Below are positions 33,501-45,950 of a stretch of 64,000 nucleotides of DNA, one piece after another. The stretch comes from Eledone cirrhosa. Lineage: Eukaryota. Position numbers and translations under genes: made by a program. The first letter of the stretch is position 1, and each line of letters starts with the position of its first letter. Under the pieces are notes generated by a model, which had not been told where the DNA came from, did not search any database, and worked only from the letters and a program-made list of their open reading frames with translations. The stretch covers positions 1 to 64,000 of the forward strand of contig CAXHJY010001285.1 of assembly GCA_964016885.1 (NCBI GenBank). Direction: 5' to 3'.

Positions 33501-34990
33501 TCTGACGCAGGGGGCCCCACGTCCTCTTTGAAAGTGTATTTTAACGTTTTGTAAATGTCCATTGGGGCTTTTATCATTTTTAGATGGGGAAGCCCCGTTG
33601 CTTGTGCGAAATTCGAACCTTTGGTTTTTGTTAAGTTGTTATTATAAATAACGTTTTACAGTTATTTATTTATTGTACTTATGTAAGTATATGCACATTT
33701 TTCTTTTTGCGTGATGTTTTTGGTTTGCTGTTGTTGTGTGTTTTTTTGTGTTGATGTCTGTGTTATGGCTTGGGGAGGGGTTGTTTGTATTTGTGTTCCT
33801 GTGGTGTGTTTTCTATTTTTTCTTTAACTTTATGAAAGTGCCCCCCCCCCCCTTGTCTGACGACGAAAGGGGCTTTGTCTTCCGTATTCGAGGGGAGTGG
33901 TTCATTTTCGGCTTGTGTTTGTGGTGTGGGTGTTATTGTATTTGTTTTCTGTGTGGGGGGGATGGGTGGTATTGTTTTCAGTTGTGTTTTAACTTGTGGT
34001 GTTAGTTGTTTTTGTGGTGGTGGTGGTGGAGGTTGTGTTGTTAGTGTTGTAATTGTTGGTGTGGGCAAAATCGGTGTTTTTTTGTTTGCTTGGGAACATG
34101 CAGCCTTCAGGTGACCTCTGCCACCACAGAGGTAACAAGTCGTCTACCCTCCACTGTGATGTGTAAGTAGGCAAGCCCATCCAACAATATGCGGTCGGGG
34201 ATCCTAGCAATTCGTTCTGGCTGCATTTGCACCAGAACTTGCAGGTTAGTTCCACCGAACACGTTGCTGGAAGACTTACCTACCGAAATTACTGCATCCT
34301 CTTTCAAATCGAGGAGGCCACACAGTACCGCACAGAAATCAATATCAGGATCGATACTGTGTATGGTCAATCTTTGTGTTTTTCTTCCCAAATAAGTGGG
34401 GAAGAAGGTAAATAAGGGGGGCACAATTGGGGCAAGTGAATGTTTTTCGGCCGTCAATTTATCTTTCATTCGGATGGATACAATGAATACAATGTTTTTC
34501 AGACGAATACAATGTTTTTCAGATGATCTTTTAACGCCAGTTCAATCTCTGTCTGTGTGAGTTGTACGGACTTACGGGTTTTGTTTGATATTGTCCTATA
34601 AATAATAGTTTTTAAGCTATTTTCCTTTTTTAGCTCTGGGGGAGAATTTAAAGAAAATAGACCATTCTCCTCCAAAGTTATATACTTCCGTGCATTTTTC
34701 ATTTGCTGGGCCATGTTCGAAATGTCAATAGGTTCATACACGATAGATTTGTTTATGCTTTGCGCGAACGTCATTTTGTTCGCCCCCTCTCTGTTTACAT
34801 TTGTCGAAATGTGGTTTTCTTGTTTTTTGTTGTTACAATTTTCATTTTTTGTTGTGTTTGTGTTATATATGTTGGTGTATGCGTTTACATTTTTCCCCGT
34901 TGGGGTTAGACTCTATTTTTTCAATATGTTAACTTATATTTTCAGTATCCGAGAGACTTGTAGTTACAGCTACTCGCTGTCTTTCACCTT
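30590..34990 (-). mobile_element. Tx1/L1-type LINE #1 (ORF1 with CCHC knuckle; ORF2 APE-RT), 3'-truncated and disrupted
   Basis: APE CLNARGL..DWN (32727-33314), YWKLN (32394-32603), RT KSPGLDSLP..FRPITLLN..LDQSKAFD..RQGYPLS..AYADD (30776-32206), CYLCGGRGHLKAAC at ~34097-34138. Confidence 0.92.
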
Positions 34991-35474
34991 TGCTGGTGGG
35001 CGTGGCGCCGTGAAAAGTCGAAACGGCATCCATTAATTTTGGCAATTTTTTTCACATTTTTTTCATTAGGGTTAGGTTCCATTTTTTTCAATGTTTCTAA
35101 TAATTATTATTATTTCAGTAGCGGAGGCTGGTTGCCTCCGCTACCCGCTCTCCTTCAGTTTGTTTACTGGGCGTGTCATCGTTACCTGTGGTAATGGCTT
35201 ACATTACCACTAGCGTAGAGACAATTACAAAGTTTTTAGGATGAAAAATTTCACCCCAAATGGGGTGAAATAAATTAACCCTAATGTCAGAAGACCCAGG
35301 CAAGGGGTTTAATTAACACAATAACGCAAGAATACAGACAAACAATTACTGTTAACACGTAATATCTCCAATACTTGAGGAGCCGATGTGAAGAACGTCT
35401 ATGCCATCCGGAGATAGATAGATAGATACACCACCTTCACCACTAATTCATTTGACAGATGTCTTTATCCCATT

Positions 35475-35601
35475 GCTACCAACCATTATTTGGTAAGTAG
35501 TTTGTGTGTATGCGTAAGTATATATATATTGTGTGTATGTGTAAGTATATATATATACTTACACATACACACAAACTACTCACCAAATAATGGTTGGTAG
35601 C
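35475..35601. repeat. Fold-back inverted duplication centred on (TA)n
   Basis: ~50-bp arms 35475-35524 and 35552-35601, plus an extra partial copy at 35529-35551. Confidence 0.9.
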
Positions 35602-35619
35602 TTATATATATATATATTT

Positions 35620-37860
35620 CTTTAGGTCCATTTGGAAGCCTCAACAATGCAGATGGGTAAATCTCCGGGTAACAAGATCCGATGGTGGAGAGAGAGATGT
35701 AAGTGAATGTAGGTTGAGATATGTAGCGTGTAGAAGAATGTAGGAAAGAGTGTAAAGGATAAAAATAACACGAGATAGAGTTACCTTGGGGTAGATTTAA
35801 TTGTCCATATATATTTCGGATTCACATCCATCAACTGGGGGGCATTTTATCCGGGGGGGGGGAGGTTGTCTGTCGGAAAGGTGCGAAACGTGTCCTTCGC
35901 TGAACGTTGTTTTGAATATCTGAGTTATTCAGCAGAGCGCGCGTGTGCGTGAAATGGGGTCGGTCAAGCAGAGGTTGGCGGCCGAAATAGTTCTATCAAT
36001 TGTGGGAGTGGGGTGGCGTTAGCTGTCAGTCCATTGTATTATCTGCCGTTTAATAGTGTGTGGTTGTGATAGTATTTTCTGCCTCTTTGGTGAATGCTAC
36101 TGTGTGTATGTGTGTGCGTGTGTTGTTGTCTCGCTTGAGTGTGCGTGCGTGTGTTGTCTCGCTTGAGTGTGTGTGCGTGTGTTGTTGTCTCGCTTGAGTG
36201 TGTGTGCGTGTGTTGTTGTCTCGCTTGAGTGTGTGTGCGTGTGTTGTTGTCTCGCTTGAGTGTGTGTGTGTGTGTGTGTGCGTGTGTTGTTGTCTCGCTT
36301 GAGTGTGTGTGTGTGCGTGTGTTGTTGCCTCGTTCTTCTGTATTAGCAGTGTAGTATGTTCGTATGGTGGAGTGCTACTGTGTGTGTGTGTGTGTTGCTG
36401 TCTCGTTTGTGTGTGTGTGTGCGTGTGTTGCTGCATCGTTTGTTTACTTAAACCAACCACCTCATTTTGCTTCTCTCGGATCGGTTATTTATTTGTGGCC
36501 CTAGGCGTTTGATACAAAGTGCTTCCTTGATTGGTAATGTGCCGACGTTTCGTTCTGGCGCTAGAATTGTGACAATGGGCCTTCCGTCTTTGTTTCCGCA
36601 TTTGGTTATGTGTTTCCGGAAAGACGAGGCCCTGGTGTTAATGTGGTCCTTGATCCGGATGTGTAGCGGCCCGATTGTGCTACCCATATAGCAGTGGTTG
36701 CACTGGTTACATTCTATCTTAGACATGACGTATCTGCGTAGGCAACACTTCGTATGGCGCATCGGGCAGTTTCTGAGGGAGCATGCGTCAGTTGATTTCC
36801 CGAGTTTCCTGGAGAGGCATCTTCGCAGGGAGGGGCCCAAGTGGGCCAGGTGGATGTAGAGGCCCTCCCTCCGTATGGCGTTGCGGATAGCGTTGGTAAT
36901 ATTCTCGCCCAGGTGTGGTATTTTAAGGAAGCACTTGCCTTGGGTGTTTCTCTGCCTCTTGTGTCTGGTGTCTCTTATTCTGTTTGTGAGTGAGGCAGGG
37001 TACCCGTTCGTCTCCAGCACTTCAAGGAATCGCTTGGTATGAATGACACCACTCGCGGGATCGCTGCATCTGTTTTTAATTCGCGTGATCTCATTCGTGA
37101 TGTATCCTCTTTTAGCACTGTTGGGGAGGGCGGACTTGTAGTGGACGAACAGGTCCCTGCAGGCTGCCTTTCGGTAGAACTTGTAGTGGATCCCTCCCTG
37201 TTCCGTGATGTTGATTCGGAAGTCGAGGAGGGCAAGTGACCCGTCGTCGCTGGGTTGTTCAACACTGAAATCAATGTTCTCGTCCGTGTTGTTGAACGTC
37301 TCATAGATTCTGTTCGCCATGTCTTGGGAAAATGTGAGGAGGAGGATATCGTCCACGTACCTTGAGAAAAAGGCGACGGCGTTGGGGTGGCAGCTTTTGA
37401 GTGCCTTGTCCATGTATGAGATCGCTAGCACACTCGACAGGCTTGAGCCCATGGCAGTCCCGAGCTTTGCTGGTATGTTTGGTCAAGGAATCCGAAGTAT
37501 GTGTTGTCAACGACGATGGATAGGAGTTGGTGGATGTCAGTGATGGTGAGCCCGAAGCAGTGTAGGTCGGTGGATTGAACGCGTTCCATCAGTATATTAA
37601 CGGCCGGGAGTGCCGGGACCGAGGTGTAGAGAGTGACTACATCAAGGCTGAAGGCATATCTGTAAGCCTTTCTGGTGTCGGGATCCATTTGATGCAGGCT
37701 CTCCAACGCCTCCTCGGAACTATTAACGTGTCCCGGCAAGGTTTCTAAGATGGGTATGAGTATTCTGGTTAGGAGCCATGAAATTTTGTAGAGCGGTCCT
37801 TCCACGCTCGATACAATGGGCCTGAACTTCAGGTCGGGTCCCTGTTTGTGTGTTTTCAAA
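35620..37860 (-). mobile_element. Penelope/Poseidon-like PLE, 5'-truncated, one frameshift
   Basis: KTHK..FRPIVSS..FSLDVVTLYTSVP..YQQSSGL(P)MGSSLS..SRYVDD..LALLDF..HYKSALP..GYP..IECNQCNHCYMGST..RIKDH..IKEALCI (ORFs 37425-37859, 36448-37452). Decayed HHR-like motif ggatgtgaatcc-GAAA-tatata at ~35801-35840. Confidence 0.9.
36100..36440. repeat. ~30-bp minisatellite (gtgtgttgttgtctcgcttga)n in the PLE 3' UTR
   Basis: At least six imperfect units with variable (GT)n. Confidence 0.85.
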
Positions 37861-37972
37861 AATGGTTTTATTTACAGTATTAACAATTGTTTCATTGATT
37901 AAGTTGTCTAAAAATTGCTAATCGCTTGAAGTTGTACGCTAAAACTATCCACAATACGGAGTATTCACAATC

Positions 37973-38016
37973 TATAACTGGATTACCTATAACGATAATT
38001 TGTTATCCCATATATC

Positions 38017-38062
<46 letters not shown>

Positions 38063-38120
38063 CATATAAGGGATAACATATATGGGATAACAAATTATCG
38101 TTATAGGTAATCCAGTTATA
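37973..38120. repeat. Fold-back inverted duplication centred on (TA)n
   Basis: 43-bp arms tataactggattacctataacgataatttgttatcccatatat and its reverse complement, with stutter copy catataagggataa at 38063-38076. Confidence 0.9.
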
Positions 38121-38179
38121 TATATATATAAATGAAATAACAGGAGGCTGGACTGTTGTAAATCCTTGAAAGGTTTATT

Positions 38180-38237
38180 ATACTATGATCATTTCAATGA
38201 CCGGGTTCCATATGAATCCGGTGATATCATCAGGTAT
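38180..38237 (-). ncRNA. Type-I hammerhead ribozyme in a solo pLTR-like fragment (38130-38397)
   Basis: Minus strand: atac-CTGATGA-tatcaccggattcatatggaacccggtcatt-GAAA-tgatca-TA-gtat-aataaa. Confidence 0.85.
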
Positions 38238-38397
38238 TGGGATATAACAAAGGAATATGTAAAAACCCATGGGTCCCAAAAACCAGAGACAGAGGGGACG
38301 GCTAACTGATTAGCTTCTCAAAGTGTTGGCAACTGAAAAACTACCAATGAATATCTGGTGAGGGGGCGAAGGCTTACAATGCGCTACCACCACTCCG

Positions 38398-40385
38398 TCA
38401 AAGAAGAAGCTTCACACATTTGCCAGGGATCGAGTAGCATGCGCCCATCGTGGTCCACCAAAAACCGGATCGTGGTTTGTGGCCACGACGCGCCTCCGCC
38501 ACTCGGTCCCATTTAACGGCTTTCGTCCCCTCGTGTCTGAGAGCACGCACCCTAGCTCTGACAACGAAGCCTTCGTGCTTTGCATTGAAGAATTGGTCAA
38601 GGGACAATTTCGCCGCAAGTACGTCGGTCGCGATGCCTTTGCTAAGCGCCTCGTCTAATTTTCTTACTAGTTCTCCCTCTGCTCTATTTTTCTCTATTGC
38701 TAAAGCCTTACTAAACCTAATGGACCTAATGTTCTAATCGCCCTTTTCAGAGCAAACCACCACGTGTTGTTGACAATGGTCCCCGTCAACGCCCGCTTAC
38801 TTAGTTCGCTAATCCGGTCTCTGTAGGCCTTGTGCGCTGGTAATAACGCGTTTAGCTTCCAGTAGCCGGGTCCTTGTCTATGAAGCCTATCTAAGTCAAC
38901 CACACAGATCAGGAATCTGTGGTCCGTGTAGCTGACTATCTTGAATTGTGGACAGCCTATGCTAGACCTATATATTTCCCTACAAAATACTCTTTCTAGA
39001 TATGATCTGGATGAACCGATTCGGTTTGTCCAAGTCCACATTGGCACATTCAGGAAATCCAATCGGTACCTGTCAGACAGTTCAAAACGACTGAGCATGT
39101 TGGTGAGGCTCTTGCACCCTCCTCCCCTATCCGCTAATCCCACACAGTGCCAGCGTGCATCTAAGACCCCGTTCTAGTCGCCCACTAACACTAAAGAACC
39201 GGACGCTCCAAGAAACGCCTCCAGACGTCGGAAGAAATCAGACCGCCCCGCTCCTGTCGGGCAGAGACGGCCACTAGCCTGAAAGCTTGCCCATCTCCGC
39301 TGGTCACGTCCAGCACCACCAACTTACCATCTGGGTCCAGGAAGATGGCCCGTATGGCGAGATCCAAACCTCTCCGAAAAAGTACAGCAACTCCACCCCC
39401 CGATCGAGAACGGTTGGAGAGGCGTACTTATCGTAGCCGCCGACGATCGGTGCGAAGGCCCGTGCCTCGGAGATTCTGGTCTCGCTGATGGCCACCACAT
39501 CTATGTTTAGCGATCTGAGATCGTTCAGCAGGTGCCCCTGCTTCCAAGACGACCCCAGGCCACGTTCATTTATGCTACCTACTCTATGAGTAGCCATGTT
39601 GGCTAGGATAGGAGGAAAACAAGTGAGAGGGGAGAGGTACAAAAATATTAACTGTGGCTCTTCTTTAGGAAGGGGGTGGATGATCCATCCCTCCGACCAT
39701 TGGTGGGTTTCTCCACGAGAATATTCGTGAATATTCTTTTGGTGATGTTCCCTCGGTAGTCTCCAATTGATATGGGGAACATTTTTTTAATGTTATGTAA
39801 TTTTTTGTGTAATTTCTATTATTTTTATGTGTGGGGGTGAAATTTTGGTGGTTTGTACGTAGTTTGTTTCTGTGATGTTGGTGTGGTGTTGAATGTAATT
39901 TAAAAGCTTTGTGTTGTCTATGTATATGGACGGTATTGTCTGCTGTTTGGGTGTTGGTGTTTTCTGTGTTTGCTGTAGTGTTGTTGTAGGTGACGATGGG
40001 GTGGATGATAAGGGTGGTGGTGGTGGTCGTGGCGATGGTGTTTCTGGTGATGGTGGTGATGGTGAAGGTGGTTGTGTGGGTGTGGCTGGTGATTGTGGTG
40101 GAGAAGGTGGGGTAGTTTTCATTTTCTTTTTTTTAAGGTTCTTTCTTCCTCTTTTTGTTTGGGGGGATGAGGGTAGGGAGTTCTTCCTTTTTTTTGTTGG
40201 AATAGTACTCCACTCTTCGGCCTCATCGCACTCCTTGTCCGATTTGGCTATATTAGGAAGGGGTATGCTTTCCATTGGTTTTGTGGGTGGTGGAAGAGAT
40301 GGTGTTTTTGTTGGAAGAGATGGTGTTGTTGGGGATGGTGATTTCTCTTCTGCCACTGTGTTCTTTGTTTATTTGTCTGCTCCAT
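38398..40385 (-). mobile_element. Tx1/L1-type LINE #2, internal fragment (Pro-rich ORF1 tail, APE, linker)
   Basis: MATHRVGSINERGLGSSWKQGHLL..ISETR; SRSYLERV..YTDHR..GPGYWKLN; FFNAKHEG; Pro/Thr/Lys-rich ORF 39793-40356. Confidence 0.9.
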
Positions 40386-43300
40386 AAAATAAACTATGCA
40401 TAAATATAACAAAATAAATTCCCCGATAGGGGGTGGACGACCCTGGGGTGGCTCGCGTACCCCACTAATCCTGAACCACCCTGCGCTTCTAGGGCACCCA
40501 GGGAGAGCACACCACTCCTCAAGTTAGCTAGCCTATAGGCGCATGGTCAGAGTAGGCCCATTCACACGAGCCATTCTAGCCACATTCATCCACCTTTTAG
40601 AAAATGTACTGGGGGGGGGGGACTTCTCTCTCCACCCTCACCTTCCTTTCCAGGTGAAACTTGAAGAAGTTTATGAGGGATTGTCCGAAGAGAAAAATGT
40701 CTGTCTTCAGTCCTTTTAATCTGGTCCACCATATAACCTCTTTCGCAACTGCCACCAGACAGAGGAAAAGTTCCTGCTCTTCCTGACCTAAGGAAGGCGG
40801 CGGGTCGATCTTCACTATGGATCGGCCGATAACCGGATACGTTCCACACGCGACAGTAGCTGTTCGACATAACTCCACAAGTCAGTAATGAATAGACATT
40901 GGACAAATGCGTGCAGAACGGTTTCGTCGTTCTGTGCGCATCTTGGGAAGGACCGTCTGACAGCACTTCCGTGCCTGTAGAGTTTATCCCGAACCGGCAG
41001 TGCCTCGGTAGCACTGCCAAGCGAGGGATTTCTGGAAATTGTCCATCGTTCTCGGCTAGAAAGTCCTTCGGTACAGACTGGTCGGTTCGACTTCGTCGAG
41101 GCCCAAAGATTCTCCGAGGGCATCAAGGCACTTGCCCACCACTAATCCTCTATAGAACTCGAGAGTGGAAGTTCCACTGTTCGCATTGCCCGCTTGACAG
41201 TCTCGGTCTCTTCTTGACCCAGGACTGCAGCTCAGTCAAAGAAATGAGCTGCGGAAAGGCCCGTCTGGTAAACGGCGACCACACCTTTTCACCGTTTAGA
41301 CAGAATATCTGGAGATGACGCAGCCTCAACGCATGTCTGCGCATCATTAGCCACGGCAAGCCCAGCCCTCCGCGTAGAGGGTACTGGCAGAAGATGGACC
41401 GCCTCACCAACGGAACTTGTCCCCTCCACAAGAATGTGAAGAAGAGCCGTTCCAGCTTGACGAGGCGCGGACGGGGGCAAGGCACGACGGTCAGGCGGTA
41501 GTAGATGACGGACGCGATGTACGCATTCGCCACCTCCGCGCGACCTTTCAGTGATAGCTTCCTCCCAGCCCATTTTTGTGTGAGACTGGCTACTCTGCTC
41601 GTTACCTCGTCCCAACTCTGTTCCACCTGGAGGTCTGGTTCGAACCAAACTCCAAGCAACTTTACCGGTCCGTCCGTCCAGCGCACCACGACGCTGTTGG
41701 ACGGCATGGGCTTGCCTCTCCTGGTTCCGAGCTGCAAGCCCACCGACTTTTCCAGGTTAAGTTTGGCTCCTGTCAACCTTTCATATTCTTTCAATAAGGT
41801 GCCAACCACCTCGATTTCTGAGGTGTTCGACACCCTCACGGTGATGTCGTCCGCATAAGCCGACACCGCCCATCCACGTCCCGGTTCGAGCGGGATGCCC
41901 TGCAACAGCTCCAGCTTCCGCAGTAAAGGCTTGAGAGTCAATACGTACATAAGGGAAGAGAGAGGGCACCCTTGATGGACCGATCGGGAGAGCCGAAATG
42001 GTTCCGAGAGGTAGCCATTAACCTTGACCACCGAGCAGGTGCCGCTGTGCATTGCAGCGATCCCGCTTCTGAAGACAGGGCCGAGGCCAGCTGCTTTGAG
42101 GACAAACTCCATGGTCGACCCTATCGAATGCTTTCGATTGATTTAAATTGATCAGTGCCCCACCGAAGCCAGGTTTACACCCTACCCTCTCTATGATGTA
42201 TCGCATGAGGTGGAGGTTGTCGTGTATGGACCTGGCTGGGATTGCGCAAGTTTGCGCCTCCCCAACCAAATCCTCGACGACAAGCGCCAATCTCTTTGCT
42301 AATACCTTGGCCAAAATCTTAAACACTGTGTTGAGCAGAGTTATGGGCCTGAAGTTGTCTAATATATCCCTCTTGTTCTCGTCTTTCCTTATCAGTGTCA
42401 CCATTCCCCTGCTCACAGAACTGGGAATACTCCCATTCTGCTGCCAGTTGCCGTAGAGTGCTTCTAGGAGATCGGATAACAAGTCGGGTGACTTGCGCCT
42501 CATGCAGCCGACAAGGGCGTCCTGAATTTCGGCTGAAGTAATCGGCCTTTCGCAGCGCTCAGCGTCGACCGTCGAGATGCGCGGCAAGCCGTCAAGGTAG
42601 GGACTGAAATCCGCTACTCTCTCTGACTCGCCACTTTCCCTGAACAACCGAACACAGTGCTGACGAAAGGCCTCACACATCCGCTTGGAATCGCTTATCT
42701 CGTCTCCGCCTCGGTCAACCAAATACCGAATTGTGGTTTTATTACCACGCTGCGCCTCCGCCACGCGGGCCCATCGAACAGCTTTGGTGCCCTCGTTTCT
42801 CAGCGCACACGCCTTAGCTCTGTCAATGCAACCTTCGTGTTTCGCATTGAAGAAATGGTGTAATGCCATTCTCGCCGCTAGCACGTCAGTTGCAATGCCA
42901 CTACAAATAGCCTCGTCAAACTTATGTACCAGCTGCCCCTCCTTTCTACTTTTCTCTAACGCTAGTTCTTTGCTGTACTCTATCGAAGCTACTCTAATCT
43001 CTCTTTTGAGAGCCACCCACCATCTGTTGTTGATGATCCCTCCTGTCAACTTTTGCTTAACTAAATTGTTGACTCGGTTCCTGTAAGCCTTACGTGCCGG
43101 AAATGACATGTTCAGCTTCCAGTAAACCGGTCCTAACCTACGCGTTTTAACTAGGTCTACCGTACAGATCACAAATTTGTGATCTGAATAGGCGACCGTT
43201 TTAAAAAGTGGGCAGCCTACACAATTTCTATCTATTTTCTTAATGAAGATCCTGTCTATATACGATCTAGATTACCCCATTTTGTCCCTCTCCGTACTGG

Positions 43301-45950
43301 CACATTGGGGAAATCTAGTCGATCCCTGTCAGACAGTTGGAACTGGCTGAGTAGGTGCTTGAGGCTTTTGCACCCCCTGCTCCTATCGGCTACTCACTCC
43401 CACACAATCCCAGGGTGCGTCTACGATGCCATTCCAGTCCGCCGCTAATAGTAAAGGGCGAGACGTACCCAGAAAGGTCTCCAGGCGCCTAAAGAAGTCC
43501 GGTCGTCCGGCCCCTGTAGGAGCGTAGACGGCCAGCAGTCTAAAGGCACCACCTTCTCTACTGCTCACATCCAAGGCCACCAACTTACCGTCCGGGTCCC
43601 GGAAGATCGACCTTACCTCGAGATCCAGTCCTTTCCTAAACAGCACTGCCACTCCACCTCCCATTCTCGGCCTGCTAACAGATGCGAAGATCTGATAGTC
43701 GTCGAAATTGGGGGCTAGTGCGCGCGTATCGGAAATTCTGGTCTCGCTGACGGCAATCACATCCATTTCCAGCGACCTGAGGTGGTTGAGCAGGCGACCC
43801 TGCTTCCAGGTTGACACCATGCCACGAACATTTAAACTTACTACTCTTAATATGGCAATGTTGGCAAGCTAAAAGAGATAGGGAAGGTTAACTTATCTCC
43901 CGGGGTCTTGTGAAGGTCGGGTGGTTAGACCTCCATGGTTGGTGGGTTTCTTTTGGGAACCCCTTTAAAAGTCTCGATGTGGGTTTCCCATTCGGGGTTC
44001 CCACGTCTTGAGGAAAACTCTCTCGAATTTCTTTGAAGGAATCGAGTGACATATGGACCAGAAGAAAATCTTCAGGCACGCAAAATGTGCTCATTTCAAA
44101 AATTTCCCCTCTGTTTGAATGTCCTCGTTTCGTGCTAAGAGGGCCATCACTTTATCGTTGGCCCTTCTGACAAGCACGAAGTTTTTAACATTTTGTTGGT
44201 GTGGTTTTATTTGTTTTCGTTTTGGTGACTGTGGTGGTGTTGTTTCGGGTATGTCTGTGTTTGTTGTAGGTGTGGTGTCTGCAATTTCAGGTATTTGTGT
44301 GTTTATTTGTACTTGTATTTTTTTAGGTTGTTTGCGTTTCGGGGATTGTGGGGGTGGTGTCGATGTTGCTGTTGGTGATGATGTTATTGGGGAAGTGTTT
44401 GCGTTAGTGGTGTCTGTATTTTTCGTTGTGTATGTTTTTGTGTTTTGTTGGGGTTTCTTTTTTGTGAGTTTTCTCTGGGTTTTTTTTTGCACTTTTGGGT
44501 TTTCCTTCATCTTCGCTGCTGGAGGACAAAGGGTCTGTGGTTGTGAATGTCTCTGTGGCTGTGTGTGCGTTTATTGTTTTGTCTATGTGTATAATTGGGG
44601 GGGGGAGGGGCTTTCCTCGTTTTCCCCTTGGATTGGTTTTGGTGTTGGTGGTGGTCCGGCTGTTTCTGATGTTGGTGTTGTTTTTGGTGGCGGTGGTGCA
44701 GCTTTCCGCGCTGACACTGGCGTTGGCAACAAAGGAGGTTTGCGAACCCCTGCATTTTTTGCGCTGAGCGCAAAACTCTTGCAGATGCGTTGCTTCCCCG
44801 CAGACGAAGCAGTGTGGCCTTCTTTCCTAAGTGATTAGTTGGATTGTTGTCCCGTCCTGCAGGTTGGCAAAATCCGGGATGTTGTTCATGTCCTCCGGTT
44901 TCATTTGGAGAAGAATCTCCAAATCCATTCCGGACCAGTCTTCTCCCTCTGTCCTTTTGATATCCAGGTGAGTAGTGTCTGTCCCTTCCTCGATTACGCA
45001 TCCCAGCAGCCACCATATGTTCATTCCTGGTGGGATGCTGGGAATGCGGACCTTTACTGTCCTTTTACCCATGTAGGACGGGTGCATGATAATGCGTTCC
45101 GTTCTGCGGGGGGTCACCGAGTGCTTAATAGCGAGTGCCTCGGTTTTGAACAGTACCAAGAAGGTACCGAACTGTCTGGCTCTTGCTTTATACTCTATGT
45201 CACTTCCGATGCACTCCAAAGCAGCCTCGACCTCTGCTTGCAAGTTCCACTTTTCGTGTCTGTACCGAAATGCATCGAAAGTACATCGTCCTCCTTTGGA
45301 TGGCCGCTATTGCCCCGTCCGGGATGGTCAGGTTTGCCCAGGACTTCTCCCGTTTAATTAGCCTCCACGCCTGGGCCAACTATTCGTTTTTATCGCTAAT
45401 ATCAATATCCAATAAGTGCTTTGTTTTTGTTGCTGCTGCATCAAATGTGGTGCCTCTGATACTCTTGATGTTGGTGTTGTCGTTCTTGCTGTTATTGTTG
45501 TTGTGGTGGTGGTGGCGGTGGTGGCGGTGGCGGCGGTGGTGGTGATGTCGTTTTCAGATGATACTGCTGCTAAGACAGAAGGTTGTGATGGTAGCTTTTG
45601 AGTTTTGCATTCACATTCAGTAGAGTGGACGACAGGCATGTCTGTAGCCGTCGTAGTTGTGGTGAAATCTACAGTGGCTGCTTTTAAACTTTTGACCTGA
45701 ACGTCGTTTACCGTTTGAAGGTCGAAAATTTCCATTTCTTGGGAAGCGATTTATTTCGAAGTTTAAAAAAAAAAATCTGAATATTCGGGCTTAAAGCCCG
45801 AATATTGAGAGGTATCACTCCCTTGAAACCAAGATGTGTACCTTATGTTTCGTTAACGACAAGAAAATAGATAAAATGATACTTTAAAACAGCTTAAAGT
45901 TACGAACCTTTCCCCCCGCAGACTTGTACTGTCTTCACACATGTGCGTCC
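40386..45950 (-). mobile_element. Tx1/L1-type LINE #3, near full length, multiple frameshifts
   Basis: ORF1 ~45735-43890 with CFVCGEATHLQEFC (~44768-44812). ORF2 ~43860-40590: APE (VSETR, DWN), YWKLN, FRPITLLN, QSKAFDRVDH, HQGCPLS, AYADD, GGLGLP, zf-RVT. Confidence 0.93.

Noticed and set aside
35066-35076. Interstitial telomere
   Set aside because: Fewer than two full TTAGGG units.
36100-36440. CRISPR-like periodic repeat
   Set aside because: Spacers are only variable (GT)n and the context is eukaryotic; this is a minisatellite.
39793-40387. Pro-rich and Gly/Val-rich ORFs as host genes
   Set aside because: Low-complexity tail of Tx1 ORF1 and its antisense shadow.
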